From contig CAVWHX010000004.1 in NCBI GenBank assembly GCA_963754925.1, positions 1,120,001 through 1,184,000 of the forward strand: a DNA stretch of 64,000 nucleotides, in the 5' to 3' direction. The DNA is from an uncultured delta proteobacterium. GTDB taxonomy: Bacteria > Myxococcota > B64-G9. The stretch's first letter is position 1. Each line of letters opens with the position of its first letter. The notes under the pieces were generated by a model. The model saw nothing but the letters and a program-made list of their open reading frames with translations. It searched no databases and was not told where the DNA came from. This document shows, piece after piece, positions 18,691 to 28,802 of this stretch. Position numbers and translations under genes: made by a program.

Positions 18691-20859
18691 TTACCAGACG
18701 ACCTTGAATGGACGCATCATGTCGTTGTCTTCATGGTCGACGATGTGACAGTGCCACACGTAACCGAGGCCGACGGTCGGATCGAACGGATACAGGTTGA
18801 CTCCAGCTTTTGCTTTTCTAATCGGCGTATCGGTCGGTGCGAAGCGGACTAGGATCCTCATAACCTGGCCAGGTCCCACCTTGGCCGTATCTTTCCATCC
18901 TGACTCCCAAGCATTCGGCGGGACGGCAGGAGCATTGACGTTGTCTAAGAACGGGCTGAGGGCCGGGTTCCCGCCCAGAGCGACGTCAGCATTAAGAACG
19001 TTGTACGGCAGAGGCGGGCCGTACCCTGCGCAGTATTCGCCGGCGGTGCAGCCGGGTGGAAGTGGAACCGACCCGGTTCCGAATGCCTCGTTGTAGGCCG
19101 CTATGTATCCGTCCCGATTGAATGCCTGTCGGTTCAGGATCTGAAATTGCGCCAGGTGCGTGTGCATTGGGTGCGCGTCGATGGTCAAGTTGATGATTTC
19201 CCAAAGCTCAGTCGAACCCACCTGCGGCAATTCACTGACCCCGTCTTTTTTGAAAATCGCGGCAATGCTCGGCGACATAAGACCGTCAAAACTGGTGTTA
19301 TTGACGAGGACCTCGAGCGGTCCACCCGCCCCGGCGACTTCCTTGAGCACGAGTTGGCGAATTTTGCTGACGACGACGCCGGGAGCAAAGTGTCCTTTGG
19401 TGTCTGTCAGACGAGGTATTGGTTTGGGACGCGTGCATCCGCCGGCCGCAGGATCGCAACTTTTATCCTTTTTCCCGACTAAGGGAAGTGTCACTTGAAA
19501 TTGCATAATATTAGCCATGCTTGGCTGATCGACGCCCGGCATGGCGCCGTCTGGGTAAGGAATCGGTGCATCGTTTGTAACCGTAATGGTTTGACCGGCA
19601 AGTCCTGTGAAGTCCACGATAACATCTGCGCGCTCGCCCGGCGCTATAAAAACCGTGCCAACCCTGACCGGCGCATTGATGTAGTTATCGTCCGAGCCGA
19701 TGACATATACCGGTGCGGCGCCGAAACTGAGATTGTAGAAACGTGCATTCGAACCGTCCAGAAGTCGAAAACGATAGCGCCGCGGTTCCACATTGAGATA
19801 CGGCCAGGGCGCGCCGTTTACGATGGCTACGTCGCCGATAAACTCGGGAATCCAAAGGGGATGCACGGAGGGATTGGGCGGCGGTCCGTTAATATTGCTT
19901 ATGGTATTTCCGCTACCGTCCGGATAGAAAAGTTGGCCGTTAGTATCGAACTGCCTATCTTGGAGAGCCATTTCGATCTCATAAGCGCCTTCCGGAAGTT
20001 TCTTGGGTTCCGTTGACGGATCACGAATCAGATAAAAAACCGCCAGGCCGCTATACACATTGGTACGGGTTGCGCCGAGCGCATGGTCATGAACCCATAC
20101 GGTGCCGGGTTCTTGATTATTGTCATAGAAGTAAATGGCTTTGCCCGGTCCCGGACTATCAAGAGTTTTATAACCTGGTCCCTTTTTGCCATCCGAGGTA
20201 AACCACGCATAGGGCCCCCCATCGAATTTGGAGGGCGTCTCCCCGCCGTGCATGTGTCCAACCCCCGGCGGCGGACCTATGAAAGGCGAGCAACAAGGAT
20301 TCGTCGGATCTGCGACACAATCAACGGGCGGGTTCATCATCAGGCAACCCATCATGTTCGGATCAGCCCAGTGTATGGTTTGATCGACTGATATCAAGCC
20401 CTGTACCATGCCAGGGCCGGTTGGGTTCAAGGGATTGAAGCTCGGCAAGGTATTCACCCAGGTTACCGTTGTTGGAGTATAGCGATCGACGTCTAATGTC
20501 ACCGCCGGCCAGTGTGCCGGTCCGAGGATTTTACCGGTTTTGGTATCCGAGGTTTCGTATGCCCATACTCGAGTCGGTTGGATATTGACCGGCGGGCAAC
20601 CCGCAGCCGGGGTGAAGGTGGGCAACACTTGCTCTTGCGCTTCCTTCATGGTTACCGTGAGACGGGGATGCATTCCCGCATCAACCCGAGGAAGAGCTGC
20701 GTTATAACCTGGCCCGAATAGCGGCAGCGGGGTTGCGAATTGCGGGATGCAATCCCCCGGAAGCCAGTCCTGAGGAATAAGGTCGCTTGCGAATGTTAAA
20801 GAATTGAGAGCAATGAGCAACGCCATCGAGAAAATGATAACAATACCATGCCGTTTCAT
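18691..20859 (-). CDS. secreted multicopper oxidase (CotA/bilirubin oxidase type)
   Basis: Four copper motifs HMHGG, WVHDH, HPMHTH, WHCHIVDHEDNDMM; signal peptide. Confidence 0.93.
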   Translation of the reverse strand: MKRHGIVIIFSMALLIALNSLTFASDLIPQDWLPGDCIPQFATPLPLFGPGYNAALPRVDAGMHPRLTVTMKEAQEQVLPTFTPAAGCPPVNIQPTRVWAYETSDTKTGKILGPAHWPAVTLDVDRYTPTTVTWVNTLPSFNPLNPTGPGMVQGLISVDQTIHWADPNMMGCLMMNPPVDCVADPTNPCCSPFIGPPPGVGHMHGGETPSKFDGGPYAWFTSDGKKGPGYKTLDSPGPGKAIYFYDNNQEPGTVWVHDHALGATRTNVYSGLAVFYLIRDPSTEPKKLPEGAYEIEMALQDRQFDTNGQLFYPDGSGNTISNINGPPPNPSVHPLWIPEFIGDVAIVNGAPWPYLNVEPRRYRFRLLDGSNARFYNLSFGAAPVYVIGSDDNYINAPVRVGTVFIAPGERADVIVDFTGLAGQTITVTNDAPIPYPDGAMPGVDQPSMANIMQFQVTLPLVGKKDKSCDPAAGGCTRPKPIPRLTDTKGHFAPGVVVSKIRQLVLKEVAGAGGPLEVLVNNTSFDGLMSPSIAAIFKKDGVSELPQVGSTELWEIINLTIDAHPMHTHLAQFQILNRQAFNRDGYIAAYNEAFGTGSVPLPPGCTAGEYCAGYGPPLPYNVLNADVALGGNPALSPFLDNVNAPAVPPNAWESGWKDTAKVGPGQVMRILVRFAPTDTPIRKAKAGVNLYPFDPTVGLGYVWHCHIVDHEDNDMMRPFKVVW

Positions 20860-21249
20860 GTTCCCTCCGTTTTGCTATAACATCATCATTGAACGGTATT
20901 TTTTAACCTAATCAGACAATTCTTTGCTATGTTTGGAATTCACCTCCTTTTAAGGATAATGGTTATCGTGTATTGGCTGACACTGTTCATGCTTTTGCCT
21001 CATACGACTTGATTCACCCACACGATGGATCGGGATTTATTAACTATTTCAAGACAACGGCAGAGCGCACGAATCATCCTCACCAAAAAAATTTGTTGCG
21101 CTGCTATAAAATTACACAGGATAATTTTTGTCAATAGATTAAGTAAGTAGTTTCTTCATGAGTGCTTGACAGATCCATAATGAGAATGGTACAAGCCTGC
21201 CGCATTCTTGGGTTTGAAGAAGACCGGTCACTGAAAAGTTGTGCTTTAT

Positions 21250-21322
21250 GGGGCTGTAGCTCAGCTGGGAGAGCGCTTGAATGGCATTCAAGAGGCCGAC
21301 GGTTCGATCCCGTTCAGCTCCA
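21250..21322 (+). tRNA. tRNA-Ala(GGC)
   Basis: GGGGCTGTAGCTCAGCTGGGAGAGCGCTTGAATGGCATTCAAGAGGCCGACGGTTCGATCCCGTTCAGCTCCA folds into a cloverleaf; anticodon GGC; CCA not encoded. Confidence 0.96.
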
Positions 21323-21524
21323 ATAAATTCAAGGGCTTACAATATCATGTAAGCCCTTGAATTTATTGTATAAACAATTCTGTAATTCTTTCAACAGTTT
21401 TCATTTCCGAGACTCACTTTTAGTACGCCCCACCTTTCTTGGTAATTGTGAAACCTTAAGAGACCATTGACTCGATGGTGAATGGATGGTAGTTAATCTC
21501 CCTCCTCCGTCGAAGGGGCCTTTG

Positions 21525-22135
21525 ATGAAGAAAAAGAACGCCTCAGGTAATAAGCGTCAAGTGGTGCGTAAGGCCAACGTTAAGGTGAAAAAACCCAGGC
21601 AGTTTGGTATGAGAGAAACAATCGATAAGATCCATCATACAGTAATACGCATTGAAAATGAACACGGTTCGGCAATTAAAGCGATCGGCGAGGGTTTAGC
21701 CTTAACAACGAGCGACTCAATAGGTTCGAGAAAAACGTCAACCAGCGATTCGACGTTATGGACCAACGTTTAAGTGGTGTAGAGGTTCAGGTTATGGGGG
21801 TGAAAGAAGACGTTGCCGAAGTGAAGACCAATGTCAGTGTACTGAAGACTGATGTCAGCGTACTAAAGACCGATGTCGGTGTACTGAAGACTGATGTCAT
21901 CGTACTAAAGACCGATGTCGGTATACTGAAGACTGATGTCAGCGTACTAAAGACCGATGTTGCCGAACTAAAGACTGATGTATCCGTCCTTAAAACAGAC
22001 GTCAAAGAATTGAAAACAGATGTCAAAGAAATTAAACAGAATACCAGTCAGACAACCTCGATTGTCGATAGCCATGAAGTACGTCTAGGCGCCGTTGAAT
22101 CATCTATCAAAGGGCATATCGAGAAGCACGCGTAG
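21525..22135 (+). CDS. coiled-coil heptad-repeat protein (KTDVSVL)n, frameshifted near 21700
   Basis: ORFs 21486-21773 and 21758-22135 join as ...AIGEGLA/LNNERLNRFEKNV... with a single base added; about ten 21-bp repeats. Confidence 0.7.
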
Positions 22136-22185
22136 CGTTGAGCCTTCTCGCTCTGGCGGTTGGGGCTTTGATACGCGCGTTTCTA

Positions 22186-22347
22186 TCATTTCCTCACGTA
22201 CTTTGAAAACACCTTTACCGCTACCTCCTGCACCGTCCGGCCATCCTGAGCGGCTTTGACCTTAAGCGCTTTGTGTAACCAAGACGGTAGGCGCACGGTT
22301 AGAACCTTCAAGGTGTCTTCCGTGGTCTGTTCGGTTTTCTTTTTCAT
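22186..22347 (-). CDS. 53-aa ribbon-helix-helix (Arc/ParG-like) DNA-binding protein
   Basis: MKKKTEQTTEDTLKVLTVRLPSWLHKALKVKAAQDGRTVQEVAVKVFSKYVRK; AGGGG RBS; below the ORF-track size cutoff. Confidence 0.78.
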   Translation of the reverse strand: MKKKTEQTTEDTLKVLTVRLPSWLHKALKVKAAQDGRTVQEVAVKVFSKYVRK

Positions 22348-22466
22348 GTCTGATGATCCCCTTTTATATGCAATATAAAAGTCTGGTTACGCTTCGCCCG
22401 AAGTAGGCTCACGCCATCGTCAACCTGACCTTGGGTGCTTACCCGAATATAACCGATCACTTTCAT
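22344..22466 (-). pseudogene. truncated serine recombinase/resolvase N-terminus
   Basis: MKVIGYIRVSTQGQVDDGVSL matches the YxRVST..Q...G.SL catalytic motif; stops after 40 aa; GGAGG RBS. Confidence 0.8.
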
Positions 22467-22493
22467 GGTATTTACTCCCTCCTAACAAATACA

Positions 22494-22521
22494 ACTATAC
22501 ATCTTGCTGTCTTGCTGTCAA
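22494..22521 (-). promoter_or_regulatory. sigma70 promoter with tandem GACAGCAA repeats
   Basis: TTGACA-16bp-TATAGT; GACAGCAA x2 overlaps the -35 and spacer. Confidence 0.7.
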
Positions 22522-23183
22522 GCAGCATATACACACTGAGGCCAATTAATTGGGGGTATCAACGCCAGGGATTGCCTTTCAATGGACCTTAGAGGGCAAA
22601 TGGCGGCCTGGGTTTTGAGAGGTTTATTCCTTGGCCCCGGCCTGCTTGAGAAGCTTTACCTGTCCATCGCCAAAATAAACCCAAGAGAAAAAACAAGTCG
22701 AATTTTCAAGAGGCGGGTAAATAGGAATCGCACAGTTACAGAAAATAATTATCACATTCAGTTACCCCTCACTGGCTTCGCGAAGAGATCCGATCGAGAT
22801 TCTAGTTCGTCCTTCTTCTCAACATTAAGATTGGCCCTTTATATTCGTATATATTTCTTTCTACCGCGCAACTAAACAAATTTGCTGATATTCCACCGCG
22901 CCGGTCGAAAAATGACTACTGTAACTAATTGAAAACAATATCATAACTACTGAATAGCATTCAGGAGGCCGACGGTTCGATCCCGTTCAGCTCCAATGAT
23001 TTCAGGGACTTACAGAAAAGTGTAAGCCCCTGAAATCATTGTAGAAACAATTCTGGGATTCTTTCGACCTTTTCGTTTTCCGAGACGTGCTTCAAGAATG
23101 CGAAAATTCAATCCCAACACCATGGGTTTTAACCCGACGGCGTAATCCCGTTATAAAAAAACAGTGGTTGGCGTGAGGGCCGC

Positions 23184-25391
23184 TCAGGGCGCCAGAGTGA
23201 GGCTTACCGAGTAATTCGATACCTTGGATACTCCCGGATCGGTGGTATCGTTCTGGGTAGCAAGGGCCGTCCACGTCTGCGGCGCGGCGCCACTGATGAC
23301 AAAGGTCTCGAAGTCGCCGGGTCCGATCCGCGGCGGCACGATCGTGGCCAGGTTGGTATTGTCGATCATGTTGAGAACATCAGAGAGCGGCACGGTCAGC
23401 AGCTGGCCGTTGCCGCAGACGTACCATGTCTGAGTGTCCTGATCGAGGCACTGATCCGTCGTCCTGGGCATGCCGGCGGGGGCGCATAAGTCATTGTTGC
23501 AGCCCGGGTAGACGCGGATCCGGTATTGGCGGTTTTCCGCGGTGGACAGCGGTTCGAGGTCGATTTCCAGGTACACCGGTTCCCAGGTTAGGTCCGCCTG
23601 GCCGTCGCTCTTACCGGTTAGCACCACGTCGCCGCCACTGGGAGGGCGCGTGTAGTTTCGGTCGGTGTAGGAGACGTTAACCGGCAGGAGTATGTCGGGC
23701 GCATCAATGTTAAGGCTGTTTTGACCGGTCACGACCGCACAGTTGGCGATCGTACACTCGCTGAAGGGGAACGTGCCGTCCAGGATCCGCTGCATCGTTA
23801 TCGGAAAGGGCTGATAGGAAAGGTTGTTCGAGAACGACACGATCCACTCATCACGCTCATAGGGACCCTGCGAGTCGCTCCATACCGTGGTCCCGCTTCC
23901 CGTGACCGAGAGTACGCTATTAGGTGGAGGGTAATACTTCAACGTGAATACCCCGTTTCCCGCTACGCCCTCGTCGTTCGGGATTACCTGCCACCCTTCT
24001 CCGGGAGACACGTACCCCTGCGTCACAAATGCGATGGTGTTGACCGCGGCCTTAAGCTTAAGGTCTACGGAGAAGTCCTCCTGGCCGGGATCGAGGTTGG
24101 CGGTCTGCACATCCGATGCCGTCCCGTCCGCATAGAGAACCGTGACTTCCAACACGCTGATAGAGACTTCTCCGCTGTGGACTTCGCCCTCCAGCGTGAC
24201 GTCTTCGGACTGGACCGTGTCGCCGCTTTGGTTCGAAGTGACCTCGATCTTGGTTTGGTTCTCTCCGTTGAAGCCTGCCTGGGCGTCCCGCAGGATGTAA
24301 CTGAACGGCTCGGCCTGCGGCAGATCCGTGGGAAGGCTGAGCTCCGTGGCGACGCCGTAAGTCAGGGTGGAACCGCCCGCGCCGTCGAGCGTGTAGTCCA
24401 TTGCCTTCCACTCGCCCGGATGGTTGGAGTCGTACACTGCGATCTGGTTGTCGCTGTGGGCGATGGCCAGCATGGTGTGGTCGCTGCTGCTGCGGGAGGT
24501 TCCGATAAGCACCGCCTTGGCGCCCTTATCGAGGGCGTCGTTGACGGCCACGATCGCTTCCGCCTGCTGGGTTGGGAAGACATACTCTCCACCATCGAGG
24601 GTGACCGAGATGTGGGCGCGGGTGGCGATGACTTCCTCGCCCGAGATGGTCTTCTTCGACCCGGCCTGGCTCGGAACCGAAGCTTTGAACTTGCCGTATA
24701 AGCCATCTCCCTGGGTCTCTTTGTACCACTTGGAGAAAGACGCGATGCCGGTGCAGCGGGCCGTGACGTAGTCGCCCGCTTTGGTGTTCGAGAAAGCCAA
24801 GCCGTTGATGTTGGGGGAAAAACCGTTCCACACCGGCCGCGACGATTTCGGACTCTTATTAACCCAAGTGTAATTCGAGGCGTGCCAGGTGAGGAAACCG
24901 CCACGGCCAGCGGCGCGATCGACCGGCAGCGGCGACTGCAACTCGAACGAGCCGTCGGCTTTCAGATAGTAGGGAACGGGGAAATTAACCGGATCCGTGA
25001 ATGTAAACTCGACGCTGAGCGGCTGAGAAAACTGGTGTTGGCCGTCGGTATCAATAGCGATGACCAGCCCGGAAAGCTCGTCCGCGGGCACGTTGGCGAA
25101 GGAACCTCCGTCGTCGTAGCCGAGGGAGAAGGTAGTAGGGCCGGAGACAGCGCCAGCCGGGATCGTTAACACGACCCCATCAAGGGGGGTGCCGGCGGGT
25201 CCGGCGAGTGTGCCGCCACCCGCATCGATTGTCGCCTGCGCGAGCACAACCGGCGTCCCCGGCGTGTAGGTCGCGGGCGTCGCTGCAGACAGCGAGGTCC
25301 AGTCGTATCCCTTGCCGCTACTGCACGACAGCAATGAAGTCGTCGCAGTTACGAAGAGCACCGAAAGCCAACTGACAGTACGAAGTTGCAT
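23184..25391 (-). CDS. lipoprotein with ZU5-like, putative papain-like Cys-His-Asp and Ig-like domains
   Basis: Lipobox LLSC; LTIPAGAV...FSQPLSV (ZU5-like); NGLAFSN...ARCTGIA...DHTMLA...VYDSNHP. Confidence 0.55.
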   Translation of the reverse strand: MQLRTVSWLSVLFVTATTSLLSCSSGKGYDWTSLSAATPATYTPGTPVVLAQATIDAGGGTLAGPAGTPLDGVVLTIPAGAVSGPTTFSLGYDDGGSFANVPADELSGLVIAIDTDGQHQFSQPLSVEFTFTDPVNFPVPYYLKADGSFELQSPLPVDRAAGRGGFLTWHASNYTWVNKSPKSSRPVWNGFSPNINGLAFSNTKAGDYVTARCTGIASFSKWYKETQGDGLYGKFKASVPSQAGSKKTISGEEVIATRAHISVTLDGGEYVFPTQQAEAIVAVNDALDKGAKAVLIGTSRSSSDHTMLAIAHSDNQIAVYDSNHPGEWKAMDYTLDGAGGSTLTYGVATELSLPTDLPQAEPFSYILRDAQAGFNGENQTKIEVTSNQSGDTVQSEDVTLEGEVHSGEVSISVLEVTVLYADGTASDVQTANLDPGQEDFSVDLKLKAAVNTIAFVTQGYVSPGEGWQVIPNDEGVAGNGVFTLKYYPPPNSVLSVTGSGTTVWSDSQGPYERDEWIVSFSNNLSYQPFPITMQRILDGTFPFSECTIANCAVVTGQNSLNIDAPDILLPVNVSYTDRNYTRPPSGGDVVLTGKSDGQADLTWEPVYLEIDLEPLSTAENRQYRIRVYPGCNNDLCAPAGMPRTTDQCLDQDTQTWYVCGNGQLLTVPLSDVLNMIDNTNLATIVPPRIGPGDFETFVISGAAPQTWTALATQNDTTDPGVSKVSNYSVSLTLAP

Positions 25392-25572
25392 AGGTTCTCC
25401 ATGGTTGGTGGGTCGTCAAAAGTAAAATTAAACAATTATAACACATTCTACTTTGCGATGAAAATCGCATAATCGAGATCCGAACGAAGCTTTTGATCTT
25501 TGCAGCAAGTTGACAGCTTATACCTGCGTACCCTAACCTGATGGTGATTTTTCCAATCACTGGAGCGGTGGG

Positions 25573-27906
25573 TTGTCGATCAAAAACCTATTCAAACTAA
25601 CCGGCTTCAAGCTGGGGCTTATCATAACATTGTGCTTTTGCGCGGTGCGGTTGACGCAAGGCGCCTTTTCCGGTACCAAGTTTTTTACGTTTCTCCAAGA
25701 CCTTGATAACTCTATCCTAGATATGAAATTCATCATCCGCGGCGCGAAGAATCCTCAGGAATTCCAAAAAAAAGCCCACGTGGTAATTGTCGGCCTCGAC
25801 GAAAAAAGCATGCGTATGAAGGATCTGGGGTTGTGGCCGTGGCCCCGAAGCACTATTGCTAAACTGATAACTCAGCTGAAGAGCTGCGGCGCCACGGTAA
25901 TTGGATTTGATGCCGTGTTTTCCGAGCCGGACAACTCGCGCGTCGTGCCGGTGCTTGATAAATTGATACAGCTCTATAACCAAGCCAACGCCCACGACCC
26001 GGCTTTTTCTCAACAACTACTGCAGGTGCTCGACGACGCCCAGGGCGATAAAAAACTCGCGGCGGTGCTTGAGGAAAGTGCCAATGTTGTCCTAGGATAC
26101 TTCTTTTTTATCAACCAGTCCGAGTTGGAGGGTCAGGGCAAGGAGCTTGCCAACCTCGATGGCGACGATGGGTTGATTCCGATCAACCGCTACGTCCCCT
26201 ATCCGCACCTGGATCCTCACCTGTCTTTGATGGAAGCGGTTGGGGTGCGCCTCAACCTACCTATCTTCAATGAAGCCAATGAGTATTTCGGCTACTTCAA
26301 TGTACTCGCCGATAGCGATGGCATCTTTCGCAAGGTGCCGATGGTGTTCTTGTACAAGGGCAACGTCTATCCGTCGTTGTCGTTGCAGCTCTTATCGCGC
26401 TACTACAACCAACCGATCAATTTGTTTGTCAACACCAGCGCGAAGACACATCGTGCGATCGAGGAGCATCTCGAGCTGTACCTCGGTCCCCTCGGAGAGA
26501 TAACCGAAGACCACCGGCGTATCCCCCTGCAGTCGGGCGGGTTGTTTCGGCTCAACTTCTATGGCGGCCAGAAGACGTTTCGGCATGTATCGGCCGGCGA
26601 CATCATTCACCATGAGCCCGAGGCCTGCCGAGCGGTCAAGGACAACGTAGCGCTCGTCGGCGCCACCGCCATCGGCGTGTACGATCTGCGCCCCATACCT
26701 TTTGATCCGAGCTTTGCTGGCGTTGAGCTCCATGCCACCGCTGTCGAAAACGTGATCAGCGGAAACCTCCTCGTCCGTCCCGACCATGCTCAGGAATGGG
26801 AGGCGCTTTTTTTATTGGCGATCGGTATTGTCATCAGCTGGTTTCTCACCCGCCTCCGTCTGACGACCGGTCTTATTTTTTCTCTGGCGTTGATTGTGGC
26901 CCTGGCGCTGGCGGACTTCGTGCTTTTTTATAACGGGCTGGTTTTTTATACGGTTCTTCTTGGCTTTCAAAATATTTTTCTGTTTGTATTCATAGCGGTG
27001 TACCGTTACGCAACCGAAGAGCGTGAGAAGAGCAAGTATCGGCACGCCTTTCAGTTCTACCTGAGTAAAAGCGTGATTGACACCATGCTGCAGGACACCT
27101 CCAAGCTCAAGCTGGGCGGCGAGCGGCGGGAGCTTTCGGTGCTCTTCTCGGACATCCGCGGTTTTACCACCGTATCAGAGCAACTGGCGCCTGAAGTCCT
27201 GACCGAGTTACTCAACGAATATCTCACCCCTATGTCTGACCTGGTGCTCAAGTACAACGGCACCCTCGACAAGTACATCGGCGACATGATCATGGCGATA
27301 TTCGGGGCGCCCTGGCACTATCCCGACCACGCCCGCGCCGCGTGTGAAACCGCGCTGGCCATGATGGATGCGTTGGCCCGGCTGCAGGCGTCCTGGCGCA
27401 CCCGAGGGCTACCCGTACTCGACATCGGCATCGGCATCAATACTGGCTCCATGTCGGTCGGTAACATGGGTTCTAAATCGCGCTTCAACTATACGGTGAT
27501 CGGGGACCATGTCAATCTGGGTTCGCGATTGGAAGGACTCAACAAAGAATACGGCACCCATATCGTCATCAGCGAATTTACCCACGCGCACATACAGGAT
27601 CAGTTTACGTGCCGTAAGCTCGATTCGGTCGTCGTCAAGGGAAAAGTCGAACCGGTCGATATCTACGAGTTGCTGCACCGCGGCGCGCTCGATTCTGAAC
27701 ACGATGCGTGGATACACGCGTTTGACCAAGCCGTTCTGCAGTATAAGGCTCAGCGATGGGATGAGGCGTGCGCGTGCTTTAGCCAAGTACTCCAGAAGCG
27801 GCCTGCCGACCACCCGACCCAAAGGTACCTCGATCGCTGCGAAGAAATGAAAGCCAATCCCCCGGGACCAGAATGGGACGGGGTGTTTATTATGGAAACA
27901 AAGTAG
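25573..27906 (+). CDS. CHASE2 sensor / class III adenylate cyclase
   Basis: GLWPWPRS, IGFDAVFSEP, DSDGIFR, GVELHA; 3 TM; FSDIRGFT, DKYIGD, YTVIGDHVNLGSRLEG, VKGK. Confidence 0.95.
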   Translation: MSIKNLFKLTGFKLGLIITLCFCAVRLTQGAFSGTKFFTFLQDLDNSILDMKFIIRGAKNPQEFQKKAHVVIVGLDEKSMRMKDLGLWPWPRSTIAKLITQLKSCGATVIGFDAVFSEPDNSRVVPVLDKLIQLYNQANAHDPAFSQQLLQVLDDAQGDKKLAAVLEESANVVLGYFFFINQSELEGQGKELANLDGDDGLIPINRYVPYPHLDPHLSLMEAVGVRLNLPIFNEANEYFGYFNVLADSDGIFRKVPMVFLYKGNVYPSLSLQLLSRYYNQPINLFVNTSAKTHRAIEEHLELYLGPLGEITEDHRRIPLQSGGLFRLNFYGGQKTFRHVSAGDIIHHEPEACRAVKDNVALVGATAIGVYDLRPIPFDPSFAGVELHATAVENVISGNLLVRPDHAQEWEALFLLAIGIVISWFLTRLRLTTGLIFSLALIVALALADFVLFYNGLVFYTVLLGFQNIFLFVFIAVYRYATEEREKSKYRHAFQFYLSKSVIDTMLQDTSKLKLGGERRELSVLFSDIRGFTTVSEQLAPEVLTELLNEYLTPMSDLVLKYNGTLDKYIGDMIMAIFGAPWHYPDHARAACETALAMMDALARLQASWRTRGLPVLDIGIGINTGSMSVGNMGSKSRFNYTVIGDHVNLGSRLEGLNKEYGTHIVISEFTHAHIQDQFTCRKLDSVVVKGKVEPVDIYELLHRGALDSEHDAWIHAFDQAVLQYKAQRWDEACACFSQVLQKRPADHPTQRYLDRCEEMKANPPGPEWDGVFIMETK

Positions 27907-28060
27907 TGACTCAGTTTGAGGCTTACGGATATTCGTCGAACGACACGCGACCGAAACCTATTAACCGCTTAATAGTTTAGCATTCAAAGCTTAAATGGGA
28001 CCTGAGTGTAGACGGTCGCCTGCCGAACACCCGTAAGCCTCTGGCAAACTGAGTCACTAC
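27903..28060. repeat. 158-bp MITE-like element with perfect 16-bp terminal inverted repeats
   Basis: gtagtgactcagtttg (27903-27918) / caaactgagtcactac (28045-28060); inner IR gaggcttacgg/ccgtaagcctc. Confidence 0.75.
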
Positions 28061-28147
28061 CTAAACTTAGATCACGTTGACAGCGTGCGACTTTTCTGTT
28101 ATTGAAATTGCAAGCTTTTTTGTACAATAACAGCGGGGAGTATCGAT

Positions 28148-28795
28148 ATGAGTGATGATGATAAGCTTTTTGAGCGCTTCGGCAAAAAGTTTAGCGCCGG
28201 CACGATTGTTTTTAATGAAGGAGATCCTGGCGACGAGATGTACCTGATCCAAACCGGCAAGGTGAATATCACCAAGAGAACTCATGATGCTGAGAAGGTC
28301 TTGGTGACGTTGGGCCCCGGAGCGTTTTTTGGAGAAATGGCGATCATCAATCAGAAACCTCGCTCGGCTACGGCGGTGGTGGTTGAAGGTGCTCATTTGT
28401 TGGTCGTCGGGCCGAAAACCTTTGATACGATGATCCGCGGCAATGTTGAGATCGCCGTGCGCATGATAAAGATTTTGGCCCAACGTCTGCAGGAGGCCGA
28501 CAATCAGATCGAAAACTTGTTATTGAAGGACTACAACAGTCGGGTCGTGTATTGTTTAGCGAATCTGGTGCCAAAGGGGCGAGCGATTGCGGGCGGGACG
28601 TTGGTGGCGATCAACGCCGAAAGCCTGGCGCAGAAGGTTGGACTCGCGCCAGGTCTGGTGGGAGAGGTATTGGGCAAGCTCCTCAAGGCGAAGCTTATCC
28701 GCGAGCACGAAGGCGGACTTCTGATCCACGATGCCAATCGGCTCCGTGAATTTCTTGAGTTCCTGGAAATGAAGGATACGTTTGGCGATAGCTAA
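28148..28795 (+). CDS. Crp/Fnr family cNMP-binding regulator
   Basis: FNEGDPGDEMYLIQTGKV, FFGEMAI, PRSATA; C-terminal HTH. Confidence 0.92.
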   Translation: MSDDDKLFERFGKKFSAGTIVFNEGDPGDEMYLIQTGKVNITKRTHDAEKVLVTLGPGAFFGEMAIINQKPRSATAVVVEGAHLLVVGPKTFDTMIRGNVEIAVRMIKILAQRLQEADNQIENLLLKDYNSRVVYCLANLVPKGRAIAGGTLVAINAESLAQKVGLAPGLVGEVLGKLLKAKLIREHEGGLLIHDANRLREFLEFLEMKDTFGDS

Positions 28796-28802
28796 TACGG
28801 CC

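Larger units (their letters stand above)
21323..22997. mobile_element. degenerate tRNA-Ala-integrated islet bounded by a direct repeat of the tRNA 3' half
   Basis: 21278-21324 is repeated at 22951-22997 with 2 mismatches; AT-rich interior; serine recombinase remnant; no intact integrase. Confidence 0.8.

Noticed and set aside
21824..22030. 21-bp periodic repeats as a CRISPR array
   Set aside because: No unique spacers, in-frame heptad coding, no cas genes
22582..22875. 97-aa ORF inside the islet
   Set aside because: No motif or clear RBS; likely spurious or decayed
22951..22997. Second tRNA gene
   Set aside because: Only the 3' half is present; it is an att-type repeat
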